From assembly GCF_009914755.1 (NCBI RefSeq), contig NC_060941.1: DNA of 64,000 nt. One strand, given 5' to 3'. How positions within the stretch are numbered: position 1 is the first letter of the stretch; each line of letters begins with the position of its first letter. Shown in pieces: positions 47,364-60,945 of this stretch. This DNA is from the human T2T-CHM13v2.0 reference genome, Homo sapiens. The notes beneath the pieces are model-generated. The model ran no database searches and had not been told where the DNA came from. It saw nothing but the letters and a program-made list of their open reading frames with translations. Position numbers and translations under genes: made by a program.

Positions 47364-48656
47364 AAAGGAACTTTTAACCATTCAGTATATAGTTCATTAA
47401 CTCAATAACTGAAAAGTCACATAAATGCAAACTGATTACTATTACTCTAAATGGACTCCATTTTTAAAAATGCGATTTACATACAATTTTTCAGGAGCAC
47501 GTTATCGTTGAACATGAGATAGAGCTGTACAGATTTAAACCCAACAAACAACGCCAAAAGAAAACCCACTCACCATACCATCTGCTGCAGGGAGGAACTT
47601 GACCAAGGCCTGACCTGGCACTTTGCCCCCAGTAAGAACTCAATAAATGCTCGCTGAAAGAGTTTTTAAATAATCAATTATTTGTTCAAAATATAAGGAT
47701 AGGCTTTCTTGAGAATGTCTATGCTTTCTTTTTAATAAAGATCTAAAATGCCCAACGGGAGAAAAATTCATTCCTAAAGAAACTAGATTTGTATCTTATT
47801 CAAATTTAAAATAAAATTATTTTTTAAAAATTGTTTGGTTTTAAGATTGTTGAGTTGGTTGAAACAGAAAGTAGCTCCATGGCTATTTTAATCACAGCTC
47901 TGGCTCTGTTTCCATAAAAAACACTGACTGTTTCCAGATATAAAAACATTTGCACGACCTCCAGAGGGACGTTCCAAAGTAGCTTTCTGCTGTCTGCAAG
48001 ACAGGCTGTGCCCAGGGACCCACTTTTCTCTATCAATCTCTAGCAAGAATGAAGTCTTCACTTTAGCTCAGTAGCCTGGGGGAGAAAAGATGTTTCACAC
48101 CCACTAATTAGGGGCTGTCAGGTAACCCAGGTGACCCCTGAGATGCCAAGGTAATGAATTGTTTGGTCACGCTTCCTGCCACTCTGACTCAGAGATGCTC
48201 ACACACCAACCGCCCATCTATGAGTCTCTAACCTTTTGGAGGTTTTCCGATCATGAATTTTGAGGAGTAGGAGAAGCCAGAGAAACAGTGGCAAAGACAA
48301 AGAGATCCTGAAAGGCCTGGAACCAGAGAAATCAAGAGCCAGAGACAGCTGATTTGGGATGGAAGTTTCCAGCCTTTCACTGAAGTATCTCTCACACATG
48401 TATAAACACAAAAAGTGAAATGTCCTTAAGCAACAATCTATTAGTTTAGTGTATCTAGCTGTGTGTAAACATCTAGAAACCATGCATCCCATTTTCTTGC
48501 TCACCTGACTTAAAAAATTGGCTCCAGACTAGTATAAGCAATTTTTCTTTATGACAAAGGATTTAAAAAGATTATAAGAAATAAAGGTAGAATTAAATAT
48601 TAGGATAACAAGGTTTGGAGTGGAAGTTAAAGATGTAACAACCCCTACATCCCTCC

Positions 48657-48705
<49 letters not shown>

Positions 48706-48750
48706 ATCTACCTACCTACCTACCTACATATCTACCTCCCTCCCTCCCTA
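48657..48750. repeat. (CTAT)12 followed by (CTAC)n/(CTCC)n
   Basis: Direct reading; GATA-type tetranucleotide STR. Confidence 0.95.
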
Positions 48751-49479
48751 TTCCTAGTCTATAATGTAGAAAAAAAGTACACTAACATTTCTTCCCATGG
48801 GCAATGATACTAATATTGTATTTTTGGCAGTTTTATCTGTACTTGAAAATAAATTAATGGCTCCCCAATGAAAGTCAAGTGCAAGTTAAAGATGGAAAAT
48901 AATTGTATTAAGAAAAATGCATCATGCAGACTTAGCGAATTTTTAAAAGATATTTTCACAAAAAACTACTGAACCTAACTTCACTTGTGAGTCACGGCAT
49001 AGAGCACGGGGAAAGGTCAGTCAGTACTTATTTATCAAAAGTGAGTAAATAAGGTTGATGCCATGAGATGTTCAGTTGTTTGAAAAGTAAGAAATCCAGC
49101 CTAATGTCTGCTTGTGTAATGAGTTTAGCCATGTGAAATTGCTGAGTTTTTAGGCCAACAGTAAATATCAACAATTTTACAAAGTTTAGCTTTGTAGCAT
49201 CTTTTTTTAAAAAAAAATTGTTAGACAACATTTTAAATCTCCCTTCTTACTTTCCAAATCATCTGTGAAAAGGAATCTTCAAAGCTAAATCCTATCTTCC
49301 CCTACTGTTGGCATGGAAGGAAATCTTAGAAATAATTTTCTCCTCCGTAGGCATCTAAAATGAATTTTATTTCAAGAAAGAACCAATTATTTCTAGATAA
49401 ATTGGGATTATGTAGGAAATGGGCCTGTGGGTCCACAGCCATGTTGAGCAGAGTAGGCAGAGGGCAAGGAGAACAAGGA

Positions 49480-49715
49480 ACGGCTAACACTCACAGAGCC
49501 AGACCTGATTCTCACTTTTTGACGCATATTTACTCATCTAAATCTCACAAGAAACCAAAAAAATGGTATCATTACTGGCCCCATTTTATGGATGTTGTAA
49601 CAGAGGCACAAGCAAGTTAATTCTTCTAAGGTCACACATTAGTGGATATTGAGACAAGATTCAAACCTAGGCAGTCTAGTTTCAGAACATACGTACTTAA
49701 CCCCGGCACTGTACT
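49480..49715 (-). mobile_element. MIR
   Basis: ccccattttatggatg..acagaggcacaag..aaggtcacacattagtg..gattcaaacctaggcagtct. Confidence 0.8.
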
Positions 49716-50586
49716 TTTCCCCAAACAATACCCTGTCCTCCTTCTATATCCCCTTCCTCTGATTTGCCTTTCTTTTTTTCACCTAACTCCATCTGGTGAA
49801 TACATTTGCATGGGCTCGTACAATTATTCTTTGTCTCTTGCTGCTGCAATGACAGGTTGCTGACAATATGAACTGTGTCTGTCTCATTTGTTAAGGCGTC
49901 TTCTTCTGGGTCTAAATGTGGGAGATGCTAAATCATTAGTTGGTGGAGTAAATTATTGTGTGAATGAATGAATGGTGTATTCCACCCTAGGCTAAGGAAC
50001 AAGGGAAGATTTAAAGCATCAAGTCATTAAATTGAAGCATAAGGTGCCAATCACAGGCAAGACACAACAAAAGGGATTGGGGGCCCTTTTGGGTCAGTCT
50101 CTGGGGTGAGTCTGCGGAGGGCACATTTTATACTCTGCCTTGGAATGAGCACATGACATCAAGCCAGTTGGGTCAAAAACGTGTTCCATTCTTGCCTGTG
50201 TGCCCGATCCTCACCACCAATACCAAGAGAGCAGCTTTACTTTTCAGCTGCTTCCCAGCAGAGCCAAAGCACTGAGTCATGCACACTCTCCTTCTGATGC
50301 ATTTCCAAGAAGATTGTCCAATATTCAGATTTTGCCCTGTGGCCCCCAACCCAGAAAATTTCCCCATGCAATCCAAATGGCAAAAACAAGAATTGAACCT
50401 GTGCCTTGGTCCTGATTAGCACCAAAAGGTGGCCAAAGTTCTCACTGTGGAGAGTGGAAATACAAACAAGCAAGGTATTGCATAATTGAATGTGAAATGT
50501 TTTCATGAATTTAAATGAGAAGTATTTAAACAAATTTACACTTTTCTGGATTATGATTCTGACTGCTTACTGAAGTTGCAGAAAAA

Positions 50587-50835
50587 GGCCAGGAGCAGTG
50601 GCTTATTCCGGTAATCCCAGCCCTTTGGGAGGCTGAGGCAGAAGGACTGCCTAAGACCAGGAGTTCAAGACCAGCCTGGGCAACACAGCGAGATCCTAGC
50701 TGTACAGGAAATTTAAAAATTAGCTGGGTGTGGTGGTGTGCACCTGTTGGAGCCTGGGAGTTCAAGGTTGCAGTGAGCTGTGATCACACCACTGAATTTC
50801 AGCTTGGGTGACAGAGTTAAACCTTGTCTGTTAAA
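50587..50835 (+). mobile_element. AluJ with an internal deletion
   Basis: gggcaacacagcgagatcc, gagttcaaggttgcagtgagctgtgatc; lacks cccagctact..gaggcaggag. Confidence 0.88.
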
Positions 50836-51234
50836 GAAAGAAAGGTGCAAAAAAGACAACAAGATAAATGTTAAACAAAATAGGACGATGGACAGCCAGG
50901 GCCCATGCAGACTCAGATGAACACATTCCTACAGATGTTTCTGTGGGAAGAGAGGAGAAGAACGTGGGTGTTTGTGCTCATTTTCACACAGCCCTTTCTT
51001 TATCCCCAAGAAAAAGAAATATTACATCTGGAGCATTTCTTATTCTTCTCTTGGTTCAGAGTAAGGATGCTTTCATGTGTACATGCACACACAAGCATAT
51101 GAGGAAGTCGGGGCCTATTAAGTACGGAGACCCCATATGGTTCCTTCATACCTCCCCCTATTCCAGAGTTGAAGCAATCATGGAAATGGACGGAGTCCAG
51201 AGTTTATTCCTCAAACTACATGTTCAGTCTTGAG

Positions 51235-52021
51235 CTTTATTTCTTTTAACCAAAGAGTCGTTATAAGCAATAATTATGATAAAAGGGTAATTAGATACAG
51301 ATTTAAGGATAAATCAGAAGAAAACACAGTGAATCCTCTGCAATTGAAGTCCACATGCACTAATTCAAATTTTACATATTTCAATTAAAAAATAATTCGT
51401 GCTGCTCTATCTCCAAAGCCCATTTCGGATGGCATACTGCCTGCCAGTGTTCGGAGAACTCTGCTACTGAGGGTGGTTAGGTGGGTGTATTAGTCAGTTC
51501 TCATGCTGCTAATGAAGACATACCCAAGACTGGGTAATTTATAAAGAAAAGAGGTTTAATGGACTCACAGTTCCACATGGTTAGAGAGGCCTCACAACCA
51601 TGGCAGAAGGCAAAGGAGGAGCAAAGTCACATCTTGCATTGTGGCAAGCAAGAGAGAGCATGTGCAGGGGAACTCCCCTTAATAAAACCGTCAGATCTCG
51701 TGAGACTTACTATCCTGAGAACAGCAAGGGAAAGACCCACCCCCATGATTCAATTACCTCCCATCAGGCCCCTCCCATGACACATGGGAATTATGGGAGC
51801 TACAATTCAAGATGAGATTTGGGTGGGGACACAGCCAAACCCTATCAGTGGGTGTGGACCTTCTGCAGCTGTCACAGCATTTACCCCAGGAAAACGTGTG
51901 CCTGTGCATCGCTCTGTGTGTTCAGGTGGTTTTCATTTGTCAGTACACATTCTCATAGATTGCCTCTTTTCTCCTTAGGTACTGCTGGAGGATTGTTAGA
52001 TATAAGCTAATTCCTTACTCA
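51235..52021 (+). repeat. Copy 1 of an old ~420-bp local duplication (interrupted by THE1)
   Basis: Colinear with 55474-56237 once the THE1 is removed. Confidence 0.9.
51486..51847 (-). mobile_element. THE1 solo LTR
   Basis: tgtattagtc...acagccaaaccctatca; TSD gtggg 51481-51485 / 51848-51852. Confidence 0.95.
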
Positions 52022-52134
52022 ACCATCCATTGAGCCCGTTAGATCCCAAGCAAGCATGTCCTACTCTTAGGATACAAAGATGATTCAGGCAGGGTCCCTG
52101 TCCTCAATACTTCACAGTAAAATGGAGGAAACTA

Positions 52135-52446
<312 letters not shown>

Positions 52447-52959
52447 TTACAAAATATGATCAAGTCTGGCAAGTACTGCAATACAAATAAACATGGGATT
52501 GCATGGGAACACAAAGGGATGGGGACTACAGAAGCTGGGTGGAGATTGACAGCCTTAGAGCCACAGGGGGTCTGAAACTTGTTTGGCCTTGGTGCTGCAT
52601 ATCATATATATATACCTGAATTTGAAGACACTTAGGGCTTTGAACTCAACAATTTGCTGCAGTCCCCACCCTGCCTAATTGCCTTCATTTACTTGGGTGG
52701 CCATTGCTGGTGACAGAATGAGAAAACTTGTTGAGTTCACAAGGGAACGAAGAAGCAATGTCCAACTGGCTAACCCTAGGCTCTACGTTAGCCACAAGGA
52801 GGAAGGGACGGGACTTCAGAAGAGCAAACCTTCTGTGAAATGGAGTGTGAGTGTGAATGGGACCCACTGCTGGAAAAGTCACATGGAGTTCCATATTTCT
52901 GAGGAGGGACAGTGGAGAACACTTTAAAGAACCACTAAAAATTCACAGTAACTTTGGAA

Positions 52960-53750
52960 ATTAATTATATATATAAATATAATTAACATATATATTTCTA
53001 TTTATATATTATATAATTTAATGTATTAATTACATATTTCTATTTAATATATTATATAATTTAATATATATTAAATAGAAATATGTAATTAATATATAAT
53101 TAATATATTATGCATTAATTATCTATTAAATATTAACTTTATATCATATATTAAACAAAATAAATTAATCTAATTAATATATAAATAAAATAAATTAATC
53201 TAATTAATATATAAATAATATAAATTAATCTAATTAATATATAAATAATATAAATTAATCTAATTAATATATAAATAATATAAATTAATCTAATATATAA
53301 ATAATATAAATTAATATAATTAATATATAAATAATATAAATTAATATAATTATAAGATATATAATTATATATAATTATAAGATATATAATTATATATAAT
53401 TATAAGATAGATAATTATATATATAATTATAAGATAGATAATTATATATATAATTATAAGATAGATAATTATATATATAATTATAAGATAGATAATTATA
53501 TATATAATTATAAGATAGATAATTATATATATAATTATAAGATAGATAATTATATATATAATTATAAGATAGATAATTATATATATAATTATAAGATAGA
53601 TAATTATATATATAATTATAAGATAGATAATTATATATATAATTATAAGATAATTATATATATAATTATAAAATATATAATTATATATATAATTATAATA
53701 TGTATATTATATGTATTTCCTGTAAATATTATTTACAAATATATATTTAC
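52960..53750. repeat. AT-rich minisatellite/VNTR (30-mer array then 27-mer array)
   Basis: taaattaatctaattaatatataaataata x4+ from 53161; taattataagatagataattatatata ~11 copies ~53347-53700. Confidence 0.95.
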
Positions 53751-53836
53751 TTCTTCACAGCCATTTGCTATAGATTTCAAACAAGGCTTTTGTTTAATTT
53801 TGTTGTGTTTTCCCTTTTGAATACAGGGTCTGGATT

Positions 53837-54062
53837 GGGGTCACCAAATCAAACACAGGATGCCCAAATTTGAATTCCAAATCAACAATGAATTTTTAAA
53901 ATCAAAGTATGTCCCAAATATTTACATAGGAACATACACTAGGAAAAAAATAGGCCCTAAATATTACACGGGACTTACTTTTAATGAAAAAAATGCTGCT
54001 TCTCTGAAATTCAGAATTCACTGGATGCCCTTTATTCTTGTCTGTGGAATCTGGCAGCCCTG
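53837..54062. mobile_element. MER53 (palindromic hAT MITE) with duplicated centre
   Basis: acaggatgccca..atttgaatt..aagtatgtcccaaatat ... tctgaaattca..ctggatgccc..atctggcagccct. Confidence 0.8.
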
Positions 54063-54434
54063 GCATTCATATTGGAGAGCCCCTCAGGGCGGTCCTGTTT
54101 CCATGACGTAGCTTGCAGTTGGACAGACATTCAGATGCTTTCAGAAAGCCTAGGGAGTCTGGTGAGCACACATTAACATCTTTTAGCCCACAAACAGCTC
54201 CCTGTTCAGTCTGCAACCTCTTCCCACCCTCTGATATCACTCCCTATCCTTGGGCCACACTCCCAGACATCCAGAGAGCAGATTAGAAGGAAAGTGGGTG
54301 TGAACAGGTAACGCTGAGAATTTGGAGGCTGAGTGGGAGAGAGTAGGTGAGGAAGAGGGTAAATTGTCAACAAAACGTCAGCAGCTTGCTGGTGGAAGTT
54401 CAACAATGACCATGTTGCTTTAATACAAAGTGTG

Positions 54435-54917
<483 letters not shown>

Positions 54918-55473
54918 TCACTGCTCACAAGCACTGGTTACCAACCTCAGAACCCGGTTGCCGGCAGCATTCCAAGCAGTTGACACCCTTGCAACAACCG
55001 TTTTCCATTTTTTCTCGAATCCAGCCACTGATCCTTGAATTAGTGTCGTAGGAGCTGTCTTCAGAATAGAGCAAGAAGGGACCCTGAAATCGCCAGAGGC
55101 ATTTTGACTCAATCTTCCAACGTGGAATTAAAATCTTAATCTAATTTGAGACAGTTATTTGGGGAATCTGTGGACTTGTCATAAGGCAGATAATTAAAGC
55201 AGAACTAAGAGATTTGAGCCTTTCTTTGTGAGGAAAATGTAAAAATGTTGGAGTAATTTCTTTTTTTATACATCCCATACAAGAAAATTACATGATAGAC
55301 ACCAGGCAATGTACTTGGTCTCAGTAACCAGGCTGGGCATGGGGGAAAAGGGAAGAAAATAAAAGATCCTTTTTCATCAAGTTGTTAGTAGTAATGCTTT
55401 TTAATTATTTATTTTGCCCTTGTCACTAGCCAACTTGACAAAACACACTACAGAATACAGTTAAATGGATTTA

Positions 55474-56237
55474 CTTTATTTCTTTTAACCAAAGAGTTCT
55501 TATAGCTTATAAACAATAACTATGATTGATAAAAGGTCAATAGATACAGCTTTAAGGATAAATTACAAGGAAATACATTCATTCTTTCATTCATTTTGAG
55601 ACGGGGTTTCACTCTGTCACCCAGGCTGGATGCAGTAGCGCAATCAGAGCTCACTGCAGCCTTAACCTCCTGGGCTCAAGTCATCCTTCCGCCTCAGCCT
55701 TCCGAGTAGCTAGGACCACAGGCACATGCCACCACATCTGGCTAATTCATTATTACTATTTTTTTGAAGAGATGAGGTCTCACTATGTTGCCCATGCTGG
55801 TCATGAACTCCTGGGCTCAAGTGATCCTCCCACCTCAGCTTCCCAAAGTGTTGGGATTACAGACATGAACCACCTTCCCTAGCCAATGATTTCTTTTTAA
55901 ACCCATATTCACTAATTCAACTTTTACATATTTCAGTTAAAAAAAAACAAAAACTCATGCTGCTCTATCTCCAAAAGGCCAATTCCAGATGGCATACTGC
56001 CTGACAGTTTTAGGAGAACTCTGCTACTCAGGGTGGTTAGAAGGGTGTGGACCTTCCCCCAGTGTGAGGCCTAGAGCAGCTTACCTGTCATAGCATTTAC
56101 CCCAGGGGAATGTGTGTCTGTGCATTGCTCTGTGTATTCAGATGGTTTTCATTTGTCATTACACATTCCCATAGATTCCTTATCTTCTCTTCAGGTACTG
56201 CAGGAGGATCATTAAATAAAAGCAAATTCCTTACTCA
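55474..56237 (+). repeat. Copy 2 of the old local duplication (interrupted by AluJ)
   Basis: Colinear with 51235-52021 once the Alu is removed. Confidence 0.9.
55590..55885 (-). mobile_element. AluJ
   Basis: cactgcagccttaacctcctgggctcaag, ggtctcactatgttgccc diagnostics. Confidence 0.92.
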
Positions 56238-56639
56238 GATAAGCACAGGATTCACCATTTTGGGCATCTAAATAATTTTTTGGCCCTAAGGCCAGGCAAA
56301 CACCAACGTTCAAGGATCAGAGAATCATATTCTTTCCTTCCACCATTCATCAACATTAAGAAAAAAGAACGTTATGTGTGAGGAACAACTGTTCTCATTT
56401 GGGATGCCAGTAGAGGACTTGAGGTTCCTAAGGAGAGAGTCAGTAGTTTCATGTAACTCACGCAGGGAACATGGGATGGGGTGGAGGTGGCATTTCCTGA
56501 GGTCCTGACGTCATGTCACTATTTTTTATAGGAATCCTCCCACTCTTTGTCTGAGAACTTCATTATGTCCCCTTCTGGAGAGGCCCTAAGGACCAACAGA
56601 GAGGCGTTGTTCTACCCTGGGTACGGAGACTCCAAGATC

Positions 56640-56790
56640 TTGTTTTGACCTTGAGCAAATCCCATAAAGTCTTGGGACTCCATTTTACCATCTACAAAAT
56701 AGAAATAATTCTACCTGCTCCTCCCAACCTCACAGGGTTGTTTTAAGGGCAAAAAGTTAAGAGCATCAATTTTAAAGCATTCAGAAGTCA
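56640..56790 (+). mobile_element. MIR relic
   Basis: tgaccttgagcaaatc..catctacaaaatagaaataat..cctcacagggttgtt. Confidence 0.6.
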
Positions 56791-56899
56791 CAATTAATGC
56801 AGCTTAGCATTCATGTAAAAATGACTTATTATTCTGACAAAAGTATCAGCATTCATCGATTTTTGTCAATGGACAGCTATTGTATAATCCCCTGCAGGC

Positions 56900-57365
56900 A
56901 TGCCTAGTCCCATTATACAACAGATTGCTTTTATCTTCTCACTGACTGCCTGGAATATTCTTCTGTCATGTAGCATCATGGTAAGTTTCCTCACCTTCTT
57001 CAAGATTTGCTCAAATACCATCTTCTCAATCTCAACCTTATCTTCTGCTCTATTTTACTCAAATTACAACACATCCCTCCACTCCTGGCATCCCTGATAC
57101 TCCATGCACTGCTACATATTTATCCATAGAACTGATTTCTTCCAACATACTATAAAATATATTGTGCTTAATATAATTATGATTGAAATAATACGTTAAT
57201 TTGTATCATAAACACGTCACTTATTATGTAGATGATCTATTGCCTGTCTCTGTTTCACAAGAGCAGAGATGTCTGACTTCTTTATTAAAGTACTCCAAGC
57301 TTACTAAGGCCAGGGCCTGGCACAAAGCAGACACTTAACAAATATTTGTTAACTAGTAAATTAAA
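56900..57365 (+). mobile_element. L2 3' fragment
   Basis: tgcctggaatattctt..cctcaccttcttcaag..gctcaaatacc..gggcctggcacaaagcagacacttaacaaatatttgt. Confidence 0.7.
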
Positions 57366-57768
57366 AATAAACCTGAGGACATTCAGTGCACACTAACTAT
57401 ATGAACTCCGTGTTCCTTGGCTTAGAATCCAAGGCCATCTGCAATGTAGTCTAAATTACCTTTTCAGTACCATCTTCCTCTTCCCACTCTTTGGTTTCCT
57501 TCTTTCATAAGCACACATCCCAGCTAATCTGGATTGTTCCAAATATCCTGCAGAATTGTGTAAACGTTTAAAACCTTGTCTCTTTTGCTTAGAATGCCTA
57601 CTCCCCACATGTTCTCATTTCAAATGCTATTTATCTTTCAAGTTCAAATGCCTTTTCTTCTATGCAGCCCTTCCGGATTTTCAAACAAGGACATCATCTT
57701 CCCCTCTTCTTAACTCAGTGCCTCTAGTATGGCCCTTATGTTTACATTGCACTGTAGTTATTTGGAGG

Positions 57769-58147
57769 CATATTAGTCTGCTGAGGCTGCCATAACAAAT
57801 GCCACTGGGCTTAAACAACATAAATATATTTCCTCACAATTATGAAGGCTAGAATTCTGAGAGCGAGCTGCTAGTAGGGCTGGTTTCCTCTGAAGACTGT
57901 CTTTTTTGCTTGCAGATGGCCGTCTTCTCCCTCTGTCTTCACATCGCCTTCCCTCTGCATGCGCCTGGGTTCAAATTTCTACTTCTTATAAGAACACCAG
58001 TCATATTGGAGTAGAGCCCCTCTAAGGACCTCATTTTAACTTAATTACCTCTTTAAGGTCCTATCTCCAAATACAGTCACATTCTGAGGTACTGGAGGTT
58101 AGGACTTCAACATATGAATTTGTGGGGAACATCATTCAGCTCCTGAT
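57769..58147 (-). mobile_element. MLT1B LTR inserted in an L2
   Basis: tattagtctgctgaggctgccataacaaat..cttataagaacaccagtcatattgg..cctatctccaaatacagtcacattctgaggtactgg. Confidence 0.88.
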
Positions 58148-60424
58148 GGGCTCCTATCCCTTGCTCAAGGAGCTGCAAGTTCCTTTAGGATAGGCCCTTG
58201 GTCTCATCTATTTTTGTAACTTGCAAGCAATCTAGCACAGTTTCAGACCTAATTATTTCACAAAAACTGTTGAGTGAGCCATGTTTCCCAGCACAGTCTT
58301 ACAGAAACCAGAGTATATGATGAAGATTCTCTTGACTCCTTCATTTCTTGCTCTTGGCAACACCTGCCGGATCAACAGGATCTTCTTGAGTTCCTCTTGA
58401 CTTAGTTCTTTATCAATTTTCCTTTCCTCCAAGTTTGCTCCCCTAAAGATCCATTCCCAGTTGAAGAACTATTTGCTTCTTCAATTGCTTTTTTTGCAAA
58501 TGAGAATAAATTAAGCATTTATTGTAACTAAGCACTCTTGCAGCTTTCAATGAGGGCAAATCTTATGTGAATGGGCTCACGTCATAGGAGATAGAATATG
58601 GTTAAAATTTAGTCAAAACTTCTACCTGAACAATGTTATAACTAATCATTCTAAGAAAAGTTAGAACCTGTCTATTTTGTATTTAGTACTTGTTGACTTT
58701 GAAGCACATGGTGTCCTTGACAACCTGTACTTTAACTGTAGGATTTCTAAAGTTCTAATTAGAACTTTAGAATTGTGTACTAGAATTGTGCATTTCTGTC
58801 AAAACATGAAATGCCATTAGCTAATACAGGATTACATCTTGAGAAGGCATTCATTGAAAGAACTCTAAAAACCTGTGTTTGGTGATTTACAATATGACTA
58901 CTGTGAGCCTGGAAACACAGAGAATACTTAATTTTCTGGAAAATGGTTGACTTTTTATAGTACAAGTGAAAGATCTCACGTAGAAGTTCAGTTATATATT
59001 AAACATTACAGTTAGCATTTACGAACAGAACTGTGACTCCCAATTTTCTGTTACTGAAACAAACATACAGCCCCTCAGTAGTACCGAGGCCACGGAAGTA
59101 ATTTCTTGTGTTTTTTAAAAAAGCATACCATTTGGAAGTTTATGCTGAAGAACAAGAGTACCCAAAGCTCTGAAATTAAACAAAATAATCCCTGCAGTAA
59201 CCTTGAAGACTAGGAAGTAGTGTTTACAGGAAACAGAAGACTGGGTTAGGCTAGAAAATTTTAATTATAGATCTGTTTCTACCAGACATTTCTATTGTTT
59301 TGGTGAATTGGGTAACTGATAATTGGTAACTGATAATTGGGTAATCTTTGGGCTTCAATATCTTCCTCTGTAAGAAGAAAGGGCAGATGAAATAACTGTG
59401 ATCCTTAAGGCAAGGCTGAATTGTGACCTTTGGGAACTTCTCCATGAATTTGGATCATATTGCAAAACCGTTCTCCACTTGATGGAAACCCCATTGATTA
59501 TCTCAAGGAGTACTTAGATCGGGTAGAGAACAAAAGGCAGAGTTCATAGTACGATGGCAAGGAAAAAGGTCCCAGGACACGCCCTTTCTACAAGGAACCA
59601 TGACCGTGAACAGGGTTTTCTAATCCTGTTAGTGCCTCCCACCTGCTGAAGTGAAGACACTTAGACTGTTCATCCAGAGGTCCCATGGTGAAGACAGTAA
59701 ACACCCACAAGACATTGTGATGATGAAGGCATATTAGTAAAACAAACTTAACCCCTTAGGTCACACTATGTCACCTCCCAGCTATTTTATAAGGTGTGAC
59801 ATGTAAAATACAATAACCATGAAGATGCTGTTGAAACCATAGGTCAAGTTCACATGGAAATAATGAAGTCAAGAGGAAAATTGACTACTTTTCCCCAAAT
59901 TCCTAGATAAATGGTATATTGGTCCTGCATTGTTTAAGCATGCTTGTCCTAATTAGCCTAATTTTTTGTGAATTTATTCTAAAGGAAAAAATCTGAGTAC
60001 CTCTATAGCAAATGCTGGGAGCTGCTGACATAGGCATTGCCTAACAGCTCCTAGAAAAACCTGCCTGTTACCATTCCTGATAGGTTGAACATCCATCCAC
60101 CAGCTGTGAATAAAAGACCACACAGCCTTCAAGCAATCTGTCCATCAGGGAAAGCCCCATATCTGGTCAGATCGCAATGAAATTTATTTGGGTTATTTTA
60201 TATTAGCAAGGTGTTTTCTTCTTCTTTTACTTGGCAAATCTCATCAAGCCCTAGGTGTGCAAAGTAAATTGATTATTAAGAGTTGACCCACTAAGCTTTC
60301 AGAAACATGGAACATCCAAAAAGCTCATTAAGTTAGACATCTATTAATTGAATCCTGTTGGCTCATAAACTCCAACAGAGGAGTATCTCAAAGTTTATAG
60401 AGAAAGTAATAATAATTATGCATG

Positions 60425-60945
60425 GCATCAGGCAACAAATAATCTACTTTCCATTATTATACATTGACCTTTTCTTGACATTTCATATGAATAGAATGAT
60501 ACAATATTTATAATTCTTAACATGTCTTTTGCATATGACTTCTTTCATTTAATAAAATATTTTTAAGGTTCATCCATGTTGCAGCATATATCAGTACTTT
60601 GTTCCTTTTTATTGCCAAATAATTTTCCATTGTGTGGGATACTCTACATTTTGTTTATCCATTCACCGATTGATAGACATTTGGATTGTTTACATTTTGA
60701 GGCCATTTTGAATAATGCTCTTATGAACATTTACATGTAAGCCTATGTGGATATATGTTTTTATTTATTTTTTGGTAAATACCCAGAAGTAAAATTATTG
60801 GGTCATGGTAAACTTACATTTACATTTAAGAAACTGCTGAATTATTTTCCAATATGGCTACAATATTTTGCATTCCCAACAGCCATGTAGGAGGCTTTAG
60901 GTATCTTCACATTCTTGCCAACATTTGTTATTATCTGTCTTTATC
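60425..60945 (-). mobile_element. L1MB/MC 3' fragment
   Basis: ggttcatccatgttgcagcatatatcagtactttgttcctttttattgcc..ttgtttatccattcac..cattcccaacagccatgta. Confidence 0.85.

Noticed and set aside
53161-53700. Regular 27-30 bp repeats resembling a CRISPR array
   Set aside because: No unique spacers, primate context; simple VNTR
56506-56513. Full CRE palindrome TGACGTCA
   Set aside because: A single 8-mer is expected about once per 64 kb; no promoter context
59307-59346. 14-bp tandem repeat aattggtaactgat
   Set aside because: Ordinary slippage duplication with nothing pointing to function
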